IMG/VR virus record: IMGVR_UViG_3300006735_000023
Span: 1-64,000 of that record
Strand: one strand, 5' to 3'
DNA length: 64,000 nucleotides
From: a virus
Shown here: in pieces, positions 51,139 to 61,215 of the stretch
How positions within the stretch are numbered: the stretch's first letter is position 1
Layout of the letters: the number at the start of each line of letters is the position of its first letter
The notes under the pieces: model-generated
Seen by the model: the letters and a program-made list of their open reading frames with translations, nothing else
What the model was told of the DNA's origin: nothing
The model's database searches: none
Made by a program: the position numbers and the translations under genes

Positions 51139-53529
51139 ATGGGATATATAAAAAAAGATAGTGTAGCATATGTAAGTGCGAAATTAACCGATTACGGGAG
51201 AGAAAAGTTAGCTTTAGGACAGTTAAATTTTAGTTATTGGGGTTTCGGCGATTCAGAAATAGACTATGGAACGTTTAACGACGATTATTCCTGGTTAAAT
51301 AACGGAGCGGGAGGTAATGTAGACTTAGGTTTATTAAATATATTAAGACCAGCGGATAATCCACCAGGACCAAGATATCCATTATTACGAGTACCAGGTA
51401 ACAGTGGAAGTACATTCACATCAATAGCATCTCCCGAACTTAACAAAACAATTATTAATAACCAAGCAGTAACTAGAGGATTTTTTACTGGAGAAAGTAA
51501 AACAACGACTTACGGTACTAGTTATCCTGAACGTAAATATAACTATTTTCTTAGGACTGCAACAACTTATACTAAAGCAGTAGGTTCACTTAATTTAGCT
51601 AGTATTAGAAGGTCAGGGTCTAATACTATAAATGACGATGGTAGTTATGGTGGTGGTGGAAAATTTGGTGCTATAACAGATGTTAGTGGAAATGGTGTAG
51701 AACCAGTTGCAGGAGACTTCATGTTAATTAAACCTAATGAGTTTGCAATCGACCCAACAGCACTGGGAGATCCTGGAGAAGTTGGTGCGGACAATCCAAT
51801 ACCTTACTTATGGTATAGAATTGTAGAAGTAGAAGGAACAACAACTTTAGCGGCGGACAACTTATTATTAACAGTTGATAGAGCAATACCTAATTTTACT
51901 GGATCTACTTGTACACAGTATAGAAATTCTACAGTTTTCTTTTATGACGGTGGAGGTGTGAATCATAACCCTATCGACTCTTATTATGGAACAGGTACAA
52001 CAATCCCTTATTGGAATGAATTAAGTTTAACTTTTGATAGTAACTGTGATGTTTCTGTTAATGATGTTAAAATTTGGAATATGAATATTCCATGGACTGA
52101 ACCACTTTGTGGATTGACTGCAGCAACACACGGAACAGTTGCCAATCTTGGGTCTACAGCCTACACATCAACTAAAGAATATTTAGATTATACTAATCCA
52201 GTTTATTCAGAATCTTACGGAGGATGGGTAGATAACTATAGACAAAAATCGATAGCAATTTTACACTATACAAATAACTCCATATCTAATTTCTACGGAG
52301 AAGGATTTCACTGGGCAGATAATGGAGGTAACAATTTCCAAGTAACCCTCCCAGAAGTTATGTATAATTACACTGGAAATACATCAATTGGGTTGTTATT
52401 AACAGGAGAAACAAGAACTACTCCAAGAACTTTAACTTCAACATTTAATGTTAACAGTGAGGTAAATTATTATGAGTTACACACTTCAGGTGGTACGGCA
52501 GGTATTACGAACCCAAGTTACATTGCACCATCAAGTGTAGGAAAAATATTCCCTGACTTAAAAATAGCAGTTATTGATGATGAAGAAATAGTTGCGGCTT
52601 TATCCTATAAAAGTAATAGAAATTGGGTATTACCACAATTAAGTGCTAGTTATACAGCGGTTTCAGGTGGTACAGCGGCAGAAGGAGTTTCACAACCCGG
52701 AGACCAGTTCTGGATTACATATCAATTTACTACAACTAGTGGATACACAACAGGTATGTACTGTAATAAATTTACTTTTATGTCTCAGGATACAACTAAT
52801 TGTGATAATTGTGACGGAGCTAATAAAAACATTAAAGTTAGTTTCCCTTATGGTAGTTTACCATTTATGAGAAGAGGTGGAATTAGTTCAACACTTGGGA
52901 CACCGGAATCCGATACTGATGTTAATTCTAAATTTATTGGATGGGAAGCCACAGGTTTTGACATACTAATCCAAAAAGCACAAAATAACGAACCACCTTT
53001 AAGTAACGCATGGAGGAGAATTCCAGTTAACCAAGCGATGGACGGTACCTCTATATATAATAACCACAACGGTGTCTATTGGGTTGACTACGAAATTCTA
53101 TATAATAACGAATTTGTTGTCACCAAAGCAGATTATGACACAGGAACCGGAACTTATGCACCAGATGGGGGTAATTACAGTCTTAATGATTGGATTCTAA
53201 TGCCAACAGTTACAGAAATGACAGACTCTACTCCTACACCTACTTTAACTTTTGGGGACGAAAGATGGTTATGGGGTAATGTTGATACTGATATAAAGGC
53301 CACAGTTTTCCGTACTACATTTATGTTTACAGCAGGAGGAACAGAATTTAACACTTCACAGAATCCTACATGGGGAACTGGACCAGCAAACCCAGCACAT
53401 AATGTAAGGATAAGTGAGGTATCGGTATATGATAGCACATTTAATGAGGTAATAACAGGTAAAATAAGTGATCCAATTGAAAAGAAAATGGATTCGAACT
53501 TTACACTAGCAATGGGATTAGACTTTTAA
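51139..53529 (+). CDS. Baseplate/fibre-attachment protein (796 aa)
   Basis: N-terminal LTDYGREKLA.G..F...GFGDSEIDY and C-terminal FNTSQNPTW...ISEVSVYD...GKISDPIEK (DUF3751-like pattern). Confidence 0.6.
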   Translation: MGYIKKDSVAYVSAKLTDYGREKLALGQLNFSYWGFGDSEIDYGTFNDDYSWLNNGAGGNVDLGLLNILRPADNPPGPRYPLLRVPGNSGSTFTSIASPELNKTIINNQAVTRGFFTGESKTTTYGTSYPERKYNYFLRTATTYTKAVGSLNLASIRRSGSNTINDDGSYGGGGKFGAITDVSGNGVEPVAGDFMLIKPNEFAIDPTALGDPGEVGADNPIPYLWYRIVEVEGTTTLAADNLLLTVDRAIPNFTGSTCTQYRNSTVFFYDGGGVNHNPIDSYYGTGTTIPYWNELSLTFDSNCDVSVNDVKIWNMNIPWTEPLCGLTAATHGTVANLGSTAYTSTKEYLDYTNPVYSESYGGWVDNYRQKSIAILHYTNNSISNFYGEGFHWADNGGNNFQVTLPEVMYNYTGNTSIGLLLTGETRTTPRTLTSTFNVNSEVNYYELHTSGGTAGITNPSYIAPSSVGKIFPDLKIAVIDDEEIVAALSYKSNRNWVLPQLSASYTAVSGGTAAEGVSQPGDQFWITYQFTTTSGYTTGMYCNKFTFMSQDTTNCDNCDGANKNIKVSFPYGSLPFMRRGGISSTLGTPESDTDVNSKFIGWEATGFDILIQKAQNNEPPLSNAWRRIPVNQAMDGTSIYNNHNGVYWVDYEILYNNEFVVTKADYDTGTGTYAPDGGNYSLNDWILMPTVTEMTDSTPTPTLTFGDERWLWGNVDTDIKATVFRTTFMFTAGGTEFNTSQNPTWGTGPANPAHNVRISEVSVYDSTFNEVITGKISDPIEKKMDSNFTLAMGLDF

Positions 53530-53532
53530 GAT

Positions 53533-54042
53533 ATGGGATTCGTAGACATAAATAGTGAAAATTTTAACATTTACCTAACACCAATGGCGAGAGAAAGACT
53601 CTATACTGGTAAGGGAGGTGATTTACAAATAGAATATTTTAGTCTACATGATGGAGATATAAATTACACTAAATCTAAATCTAATGAGGCATTTGTCGAT
53701 ACCCCTGCGGGGAAATACGATAAAGTACCCAATTTAAGAGGTAATCCTAGCACCATAGGTGTTAATGGATGTCAAATATATGAATTAGAAGATTTTATAA
53801 TGAGAAATCAAGGAAGAGAAGAAAAATGTCCAGCTGGTTTCGTAAAAGATATGAATGGAGAATGTGTAGAAATAAAATATATTAGACAACAAAATAAGGA
53901 GATAACTAAAAAACTTATAAAAAGTAAAAAGGCAACAGAACCTAATGAAAGTAATATAATGGGAGGGGCGCGTATAGTTACTCCTAATAGTAATAACACA
54001 AGTACAAGTACTTCTAGCAGCGGAGGCGGTGGAGGATACTAG
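53533..54042 (+). CDS. Short paralog carrying the LT..(G/A)RE.L N-domain; S/G-rich GGGGY tail
   Basis: N-terminal similarity to the 51139 and 54064 products. Confidence 0.65.
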   Translation: MGFVDINSENFNIYLTPMARERLYTGKGGDLQIEYFSLHDGDINYTKSKSNEAFVDTPAGKYDKVPNLRGNPSTIGVNGCQIYELEDFIMRNQGREEKCPAGFVKDMNGECVEIKYIRQQNKEITKKLIKSKKATEPNESNIMGGARIVTPNSNNTSTSTSSSGGGGGY

Positions 54043-54063
54043 ATAAATAAAAAATTAAATTAA

Positions 54064-55647
54064 ATGGGATTTCAACCTTCAGGAGATACAACAACACAAG
54101 TAACTTTAGATGTAAGTTTAACTAAATTAGGTAGAGAAAAGTTAGTTTATGGAACTGGTTCTAAAATTGCTTTTTTTACATTACATGATTCAGGAGTTAA
54201 TTATACTTCTACCGCAAAACCAACTAGAGGTAATGTGCCAGATGTGGCAGGAACATTAAATTCTAATAAAGGAGTATCCAACGGACAAGGATTTAAGGAT
54301 ATAATTATGAGAAACGTCCCTACTGGGATGGAAGATTTAATTGAGCAGACTGGCACAAAAAAAGTTAAATTTGGTACATCATCTAGAGGATGGGGAGATG
54401 AACTTGGTTTAACTGCTGACACAGAGAACTATAATAAATTAAATGTAACAGTTAATTTAGATTACGCCCTTAATTTTATGAAGTGGCTATCAGAACAAGT
54501 AGAAGCGGGACAAACTATAGACTATAGTATTTTTTATGATACTAATAACCATCCAGCTTCAACACTTAGAGACGGTTTTTTAGATTTTATAGATTATATA
54601 GATATAGAGACAGACGATGAATCAACCCAAAAAACACTAAACACAGAAAAGGATGAAATAGATGTTTGTTTCCTTAACTCTAACACTAGAGTACTTAATA
54701 AAAGTACGGACAAATACTCTTCTGACATACAGAAGTATATGTTTATGTCAAAAGAGTTTTTATATGATAATGGTGGTATGCCAGTCAATGCTAGTTATGA
54801 AGAAAATGCGATAGATAGTCCATTCAAGTTTGCTTTTTCATCAGGAAGAGAAAATACAGTTTCACAATCTATTAGTAGACTTACAGATAATCCACCTCAA
54901 AAGAAAGAATTTGGAAAATTATATGGAGGAGCAGGAAAATGGGGTATTACACTAGGAATGACAGATTATGTTTATGGAATAAGAAGAAGTGATTGGAAGA
55001 GAGATGGTATAAATGGTAATTTTGAAAGTGGTATAATTGCTGGTAGTGGATCTAGATTCACTAAAGTGTCCTACTTTGATATGGTTAATTATAATGATGG
55101 TAAAAACGCATTAAACACGGATTTAGATTTTATTACAATCGATCCAACAGATTATGAAGGTAGACCATTACCAACCAGTATAACTAATCAAGGAGTTACC
55201 GTTCCTTTATATTTGGGACAATCGATAGAAGTTTCTAAAAATAAAGGGTTTTACCCTAGGACTCATTTAGGGGGTTATCCTTTTGCTATTCCTCTTTTAG
55301 AAATGTGTTCTTTTGGGTCACAATCAATTGCAGTACAAAATGATATTATTGAATCGTTTTTTAGAAGAACGAGTCTAACACCATATTCTTTTACAAATAA
55401 CGATGGGAGTGATAACTATAGAACTACTTTAAGTTTTGTTGCAAAACCAAGAACAATGAAATCAACTAGATCTAACCCTATTAAAGACGGTCTTTTAACA
55501 ATAACATTTAAGTATAATAAATCAGTTGCTGAGGGTTCAACTATAGATTGGAGTAAAACAGGAGACTGGTCAAGTAGTTATAATTATAATAATTTCGTGG
55601 TTAGAGAGAAAAAGGACTACGGATTGACATATCAACCAGCACTATAA
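54064..55647 (+). CDS. Structural protein with the LT..GREKL N-domain (527 aa)
   Basis: SLTKLGREKLVYG...FFTLHDSGVNY. Confidence 0.6.
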   Translation: MGFQPSGDTTTQVTLDVSLTKLGREKLVYGTGSKIAFFTLHDSGVNYTSTAKPTRGNVPDVAGTLNSNKGVSNGQGFKDIIMRNVPTGMEDLIEQTGTKKVKFGTSSRGWGDELGLTADTENYNKLNVTVNLDYALNFMKWLSEQVEAGQTIDYSIFYDTNNHPASTLRDGFLDFIDYIDIETDDESTQKTLNTEKDEIDVCFLNSNTRVLNKSTDKYSSDIQKYMFMSKEFLYDNGGMPVNASYEENAIDSPFKFAFSSGRENTVSQSISRLTDNPPQKKEFGKLYGGAGKWGITLGMTDYVYGIRRSDWKRDGINGNFESGIIAGSGSRFTKVSYFDMVNYNDGKNALNTDLDFITIDPTDYEGRPLPTSITNQGVTVPLYLGQSIEVSKNKGFYPRTHLGGYPFAIPLLEMCSFGSQSIAVQNDIIESFFRRTSLTPYSFTNNDGSDNYRTTLSFVAKPRTMKSTRSNPIKDGLLTITFKYNKSVAEGSTIDWSKTGDWSSSYNYNNFVVREKKDYGLTYQPAL

Positions 55648-55659
55648 AATAAATTAATT

Positions 55660-56235
55660 ATGCCTTTAATAAATAAAATACCAACCATATCATCAGGAGA
55701 TTATAAAAATTATAATGCATATTTTGATGAAACACCAGGAAGGGCGGCGGTACAATATGTATTAAAACCTAAAATGGTAATAAGTGACACAGAAGGAGTT
55801 TTTAGAACAATGTTAGGAGATTTAAGTAGAGATGAACCTTATGCGGATTTCACATCTGTTTATGTAAACACTTTTATTGATTATACATTTAAGAAAAATC
55901 CAGCTTATAATACAAAACAAGGAAATATTAAAGTAAAAAATGGAGGTACAATGATAATTCAAACACCACAAGGTGAGAATAACCCGATGTACAAGTCCCA
56001 ACCTACTTTTTTAATGGCTTTTCCAGGTAGAGATACGTTAGCATTAAATCCTCATACTAAAATGTTAACTAATACTAAAGTAGTTACACAGGGAGGGTTA
56101 GCGGTAGATAAGACAGCAAATAACGCACCAAATAACACACCAACACCAACACCATCACCAAGTTCCACTAGTATGGGAAGTTCTTCATCTATGGGAGTAG
56201 GTGGAGGAATGGGATCAGTAGGTGGAGGATATTAA
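55660..56235 (+). CDS. Hypothetical protein with P/S/G-rich GGGY tail (191 aa)
   Basis: ORF in operon. Confidence 0.65.
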   Translation: MPLINKIPTISSGDYKNYNAYFDETPGRAAVQYVLKPKMVISDTEGVFRTMLGDLSRDEPYADFTSVYVNTFIDYTFKKNPAYNTKQGNIKVKNGGTMIIQTPQGENNPMYKSQPTFLMAFPGRDTLALNPHTKMLTNTKVVTQGGLAVDKTANNAPNNTPTPTPSPSSTSMGSSSSMGVGGGMGSVGGGY

Positions 56236-56249
56236 ATAAAGAAAATAAA

Positions 56250-57572
56250 ATGGCAGTAAATCAAGGATTTTTTAAGAAAGTTGAGGAGGGGTCCTCAAAA
56301 ATTAAACCAATAACTGTTTTTACCGACAGTGTAACATTAAGTGGTAAATCAGCAAAATATTACGCAGCTGATCGTAGAAATCTTACGAATCAACAGAATA
56401 ATATTTTTATGACAATGAACTTACCACTAACACCAACACAACAAACAGTGTTTCAAGGTAATTTTGCTACAGGAACAAGTTACAATTTTTCAGGTACAAG
56501 TGGATTCAACCAAAATGTGATAATTTATAGTCCAATTACAGGAACAAGTTATGGTGAATTAGTTGTAGGACACTCAATACACATGAAAGTACCAATCCAA
56601 ACTGCCGATACAACATTTGGTGCTTATTGTGGAGTTATTCCATGTGTACAAACAATTGATATATACGGTTCTTACCAATACCAGGGAGGGTATCAAGACA
56701 CATTTGATATCTTAACTTCTGAAAGTAGTGCAAATGCGGTAGAATTTGGACAACCAATGTATAATATAAATGGGGATTTAGTTAACTATGACCCATATAA
56801 AAGTAATATTGTATTTTTATTTTCTGATTTTGTTAGAAGACCTAATAATGACTCGGCTAAGTCTTGGGCAACTCAGTCAGCAAACGCTTTAATAAACACT
56901 AATAAAGTTTATAAAGATGGTAAAGATCCTTTTAATTACGAATCAATCAATATAAGTGGTAGAGATATAATTGATGTACCAGTAGGGTTATGTAGATTAG
57001 ATTCAGGATTTTGTGCAATTACTCATCCTTTTATTGTTAACGCTTTTGCCTTAACGGCTGGAACAGTAACAGGTGCTGGATGGGTAACACCATCTGATGG
57101 TAGTTATGCAGGTCCAGGTACAGTACAATCGGGTACAGACTCAGTAGGTGCAGAATGGGCACAAGCTAACAGTGCTTCCAACTACGGAGACACTAACTTT
57201 AATGCAGGTTGGTTAAATCAAGGGGATAGTGGTTCACCATTTACCGCATTATACTATACAGGAGGTACAGATAATGGTGGAACCGCAGGACAAACAACCG
57301 CAATTTCTGCATCAACATCATTTAGAACAGTAAGTACAGATTATGTACAAAGTATTACTTGTGTTGCTGAAGCAGGATCATGGACTACCTCAACAAATCC
57401 AACTTGGGTGGAACAATATGGAGACCAAGGACCTAACAATTCAGGGGTATATGTAACGAAGATAGGTTTATGGGATGCTAATCAAAATTTATTAGGGGTG
57501 GCAGTTCCAGACACACCAATATTAAAAACTGGTACACAATTTATGACTGCAACTCTTAACTTAAAGAGATAA
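56250..57572 (+). CDS. Structural protein carrying the TS.NPTW / GL.D C-domain (440 aa)
   Basis: TTSTNPTW...VYVTKIGLWDANQNLLGVAVPDTPILK, similar to the C-terminus of the 51139 product. Confidence 0.6.
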   Translation: MAVNQGFFKKVEEGSSKIKPITVFTDSVTLSGKSAKYYAADRRNLTNQQNNIFMTMNLPLTPTQQTVFQGNFATGTSYNFSGTSGFNQNVIIYSPITGTSYGELVVGHSIHMKVPIQTADTTFGAYCGVIPCVQTIDIYGSYQYQGGYQDTFDILTSESSANAVEFGQPMYNINGDLVNYDPYKSNIVFLFSDFVRRPNNDSAKSWATQSANALINTNKVYKDGKDPFNYESINISGRDIIDVPVGLCRLDSGFCAITHPFIVNAFALTAGTVTGAGWVTPSDGSYAGPGTVQSGTDSVGAEWAQANSASNYGDTNFNAGWLNQGDSGSPFTALYYTGGTDNGGTAGQTTAISASTSFRTVSTDYVQSITCVAEAGSWTTSTNPTWVEQYGDQGPNNSGVYVTKIGLWDANQNLLGVAVPDTPILKTGTQFMTATLNLKR

Positions 57573-57586
57573 CAGGCTTATATTTT
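57556..57586 (+). promoter_or_regulatory. Putative promoter TTAACT-N17-TATATT
   Basis: Matches the architecture at 16665 and 58184; ends just before the resolvase ATG. Confidence 0.4.
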
Positions 57587-57592
57587 CCTCAT

Positions 57593-58183
57593 ATGGAAAA
57601 AAAAGGTACTATATTAGGATTAGATGTCTCAACAAAAACAATAGGAATTGCTTTGTTCAATTTGGATGGTAAGTTATTAGAATTAACACATATCACACCA
57701 AGACCAAAACCAAAACCAGAAACAAAGGTAGGTGAGTTAATTAAAAAGGCTAACATTTTTAAGGAGTTTATACAAAAATATAAAAAATTAAACGTCGTAA
57801 AAGTAATTATCGAAGAACCGTTATTAAGAAGTAATAATGTTAATACTGTGGGTACTCTTTTAAGATATAATGGTATGATATCTAAAATATGTTACGATGA
57901 TTTAGAAATTTTACCAGAGTATATTTCCACATATAACTCTAGAAAATTTGCATTCCCAGATTTAATGAAAGCTAGAAAAGAGGGACTTAAACCAGTTTTA
58001 TTTGGTGGATATGACACAAAAATAGATAAAAAAATGGTTATTTGGGAAAAAGTATCCCTTTTAGAACCACAAATAGTCTGGCTTTATACTAGAAATCAAA
58101 CACTCAAAAAAGAATCCTTTGATATGACAGATGCGTACACATGTGTCTTGGGTCATATGAAAGAAAAAGGTATTTGGTCTTAA
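57593..58183 (+). CDS. RuvC-like Holliday junction resolvase
   Basis: ILGLDVSTKTIGIA, VIIEEP, DMTDAY acidic catalytic pattern. Confidence 0.8.
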   Translation: MEKKGTILGLDVSTKTIGIALFNLDGKLLELTHITPRPKPKPETKVGELIKKANIFKEFIQKYKKLNVVKVIIEEPLLRSNNVNTVGTLLRYNGMISKICYDDLEILPEYISTYNSRKFAFPDLMKARKEGLKPVLFGGYDTKIDKKMVIWEKVSLLEPQIVWLYTRNQTLKKESFDMTDAYTCVLGHMKEKGIWS

Positions 58184-58213
58184 TTGACATCCTCCCCATA
58201 TATTCGTATTTTT
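58184..58213 (+). promoter_or_regulatory. Putative promoter TTGACA-N17-TATTTT
   Basis: Fills the 35-nt gap before the primase. Confidence 0.55.
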
Positions 58214-58218
58214 AACAC

Positions 58219-59175
58219 ATGGCGAATGAATTTATACTTGATATTTTAGACGAAATCCTAGGAGAAAGACAAAAATCTAACGAAGGTAAACAACAGGTAA
58301 GTTATGACTGCCCTGTTTGTTCTTATGATATAAAAGGTTTACAAGATGGCGACGGTAAAGGAAATTTTGAGGTTAATTATCGTTTAGGTGTTTATAAGTG
58401 TTGGGCTTGTAGTGAAACACATGGAACTCATGGTAGTTTACGTAAATTAATTAATGTCTATGCACCAAAAAAAATAAAAGAAAGATATTTTTCTCTGGTA
58501 GACGGAAGTAATTTTGAATATTCAGAAGCCAATATAGTAACAGAAAAAATTGGATTACCTAAAGAATACATTCCCTTAATTAATAACACAAAAGAAGATT
58601 ATCATACAATAAGAGTTATGAGATATCTAAAAAGTAGGGCGATTACAAAAGATATTATAAATAAAAATAAAATTGGTTTTTGTAAAAGTGGAAAATATTC
58701 AGGTAGAGTAATAATACCTTCCTACGATAAATACGGTGAATTGAATTACTTTATTAGTAGAAGTTATGTAAATCATAAAATGAAATACCTTAATCCTCTT
58801 ACCTCGAAGGAAGATATAATTTTTAATGAGGATAAAATAGAATGGGATAAGAATTTATTTTTAGTTGAAGGAGTCTTCGATTCATTATTCATACCCAACT
58901 CAATACCCATGTTAGGTAAAGTTATGGGGGATAAATTATGGGAAGTAATTTATAAAAAATTAACGAAAAAAATATTTATAGTATTAGATTCTGATGCTTG
59001 GAGTGATGCAATAAAATTATATAAAAAACTAGATGGTGGGAAACTAAAAGGGCGCGTTTTTATAACAAAAATACCAGATAATACAGACGTTGCCGACATA
59101 GTTAAAGACCATGGTTTAGAAGAATTAAAAAAAATATTATTATCATCTGGTAGATTAAAAGAAAGTACATTATAA
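58219..59175 (+). CDS. dnaG: DNA primase (DnaG-type, Zn finger + TOPRIM)
   Basis: CPVC...CWAC, YL.SR, GRVIIP, KYLNP, LVEGVFD, LDSDA. Confidence 0.9.
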   Translation: MANEFILDILDEILGERQKSNEGKQQVSYDCPVCSYDIKGLQDGDGKGNFEVNYRLGVYKCWACSETHGTHGSLRKLINVYAPKKIKERYFSLVDGSNFEYSEANIVTEKIGLPKEYIPLINNTKEDYHTIRVMRYLKSRAITKDIINKNKIGFCKSGKYSGRVIIPSYDKYGELNYFISRSYVNHKMKYLNPLTSKEDIIFNEDKIEWDKNLFLVEGVFDSLFIPNSIPMLGKVMGDKLWEVIYKKLTKKIFIVLDSDAWSDAIKLYKKLDGGKLKGRVFITKIPDNTDVADIVKDHGLEELKKILLSSGRLKESTL

Positions 59176-59942
59176 TGGAAACAATAAGAGAATTAGCAAA
59201 ATTTAATCATATTAAGTATTATGATAAACCACACAAATATTATATCGATGGAGAAGAAATGATTTCAGCGACAACCTTTATTGGTAAATTTAAGGAAAAG
59301 TTTGAGGAGGATTATTGGTCTAAAAGAAAGGCAAAAGAGAGAGGAATAACACAAAAAGAAATATTGGCAGAATGGAAACATAAGGCATTAACATCAACAG
59401 AAAAAGGTACAGCCTTTCATGAATATGCGGAAAACTACCTTACTAACAGAATTTTTCCTTACCCTGAAAAAAGAATTAATTCTGTTCTAGGAGAAGGAAA
59501 TGATGTTAAAGAAAGATTTGATAAATTGGTTAAGTTATTTGACAAATTCTATGAAGATTCGTACGGTAGACTAATCCCAATTAGGGCTGAACTTGTTGTA
59601 GGAGATAAAGAATTAGGTATTTGTGGTATGGTCGATCAGTTATTCTTTAATGAAAAAAGTAATAAGTTGGAAATATGGGATTGGAAAACAAATAAAAAGA
59701 TTGATAAAAGTAATAGATGGCAGAATTTCAAAGAACCGGTTTCACATCTAGATGTTTGTGAACTTAATACATATTCTTTACAATTATCACTATACAAATA
59801 CATCATAGGTAGAAACACGAACATTGAACTTGGAGACTGCTATATTGTCTGGTTTAATGAAAAAAATGATAAATATTTTCCAATAAAATGTCATGACTAC
59901 ACAGAGGAAATAAAATTAATGATAGAATCGTACTCAAAATGA
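59175..59942 (+). CDS. PD-(D/E)XK (RecB-like) exonuclease
   Basis: HKYY, S.TT, GTAFH, E.VV, G.VD, DWKTN, Y.LQLSLY. Confidence 0.85.
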   Translation: METIRELAKFNHIKYYDKPHKYYIDGEEMISATTFIGKFKEKFEEDYWSKRKAKERGITQKEILAEWKHKALTSTEKGTAFHEYAENYLTNRIFPYPEKRINSVLGEGNDVKERFDKLVKLFDKFYEDSYGRLIPIRAELVVGDKELGICGMVDQLFFNEKSNKLEIWDWKTNKKIDKSNRWQNFKEPVSHLDVCELNTYSLQLSLYKYIIGRNTNIELGDCYIVWFNEKNDKYFPIKCHDYTEEIKLMIESYSK

Positions 59943-60748
59943 TAAAAGTAATATATCACATAGCGGATATCCACATAAGATTATTTAAGAGACATGAAGA
60001 ATACCAAAGTGTCCTTAATAAGTTCTATAAAATGGTAAAAAAAGACATTGGAAAAAGAGGTTTGTCCAGAGATGAAGTAAGAATCGCCATAGCGGGAGAT
60101 CTAGTACACTCCAAAAACCAAATGACACCAGAATTAGTTAGTTTTGTTATAAAAATGCTTAATGATTGTACCAGCATTTGTAAAACTGTAATAATTTTAG
60201 GTAATCATGATTTTCTCGCAAACAATTTAGATAGGTTAGATGCGTTATCACCACTTATTGAATCATTAAAAAATGAAGACATATTATTTTATAAAGATAC
60301 TGGATGTTATGAAGACGATAATGTAGTATGGTGTGTTTATTCACAAGTAACAGGGTCTGATAGACCTAATATAGAAGAAAAAAAGGAAGAATTACCTGAA
60401 AAAAAATACATTGGATTATACCATGATCCAATAATGGGATTAAAGACTGATGTGGGTTACGAGTTTGAAGATGGTCAAGAAGTAACTATATTTGAAGGTT
60501 TAGATTGGACACTTTGTGGGGACATACATAAACGAGAAGTATTAATTATTGATAAAAGACCAGTAATAATGGTGGGGTCATTAATACAACAAAATTTTGG
60601 TGAAGGAATAAATAAACATGGGTTTTGTATAGTTGATATAGAAAAAGATAAGTACGAATTCAAGGACATAAAAAATGAATATGGATTCTATACTTTTAAG
60701 ATAAAATCTATAGACGATATAGAAATGGAAAAAGAAATATTATTATGA
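59939..60748 (+). CDS. sbcD: SbcD/Mre11/gp47-like metallophosphoesterase nuclease (short)
   Basis: ADIH, AGDLVH, GNHD, GDIH, GSLIQQNFGE. Confidence 0.88.
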   Translation: MIKVIYHIADIHIRLFKRHEEYQSVLNKFYKMVKKDIGKRGLSRDEVRIAIAGDLVHSKNQMTPELVSFVIKMLNDCTSICKTVIILGNHDFLANNLDRLDALSPLIESLKNEDILFYKDTGCYEDDNVVWCVYSQVTGSDRPNIEEKKEELPEKKYIGLYHDPIMGLKTDVGYEFEDGQEVTIFEGLDWTLCGDIHKREVLIIDKRPVIMVGSLIQQNFGEGINKHGFCIVDIEKDKYEFKDIKNEYGFYTFKIKSIDDIEMEKEILL

Positions 60749-61215
60749 AAATAAAAGTTTTAGAAGAATTGGAAGATGAATTTAGAAAATTCTGTAAATT
60801 AAATGAAATAGAAGACATAAATAAAGAAGCTTATAACTGTTTCATTTCAGGTTTTAATGTTAGAAAATACGGACCAACACCAATAGGCCAAAAAGAGGTG
60901 GTGGAAAAAGTTGTTGAGGTGGAAAAAATTATTGAAAAAATTATTGAGAAAGAAGTACCAATAACCGATGATGTAAAAATACAAGAATTTATAAAAGAAA
61001 TAGAAAACTTAAAAAATAACTATAATGATTTACAAGGTCTAACTAATGAAAAAGACAATCAAATAAAGGCTTTAAGTTCACAAACTCAATTTTATAAAAC
61101 ACAAATATCTGGACTACAAAAGGAGATGGAAAAACGTACAGGGCCTTTACAAAGATTAATGAGAGGTGATTTCCTAAGAGGCTCTAAACTAAATAATAAC
61201 TTATACGATGACTAA
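60745..61215 (+). CDS. Hypothetical coiled-coil protein (156 aa)
   Basis: FCKLN.I N-domain, VEK(V/I)(V/I)E repeats, coiled coil; ATGA-coupled to sbcD. Confidence 0.75.
   Translation: MKIKVLEELEDEFRKFCKLNEIEDINKEAYNCFISGFNVRKYGPTPIGQKEVVEKVVEVEKIIEKIIEKEVPITDDVKIQEFIKEIENLKNNYNDLQGLTNEKDNQIKALSSQTQFYKTQISGLQKEMEKRTGPLQRLMRGDFLRGSKLNNNLYDD

Noticed and set aside
1-57572. Bacterial extracellular contractile injection system, or eukaryotic/NCLDV origin of the Cys-rich genes
   Set aside because: Tail genes are interleaved with T4-like gp32, UvsX, gp41, primase and gp46/47; no cellular housekeeping genes, introns or signal peptides evident.
59175-59942. Cas4 / CRISPR-associated nuclease
   Set aside because: RecB-like motifs only; no Cas4-type Fe-S cysteine arrangement, no cas genes or array; sits in a replication operon.
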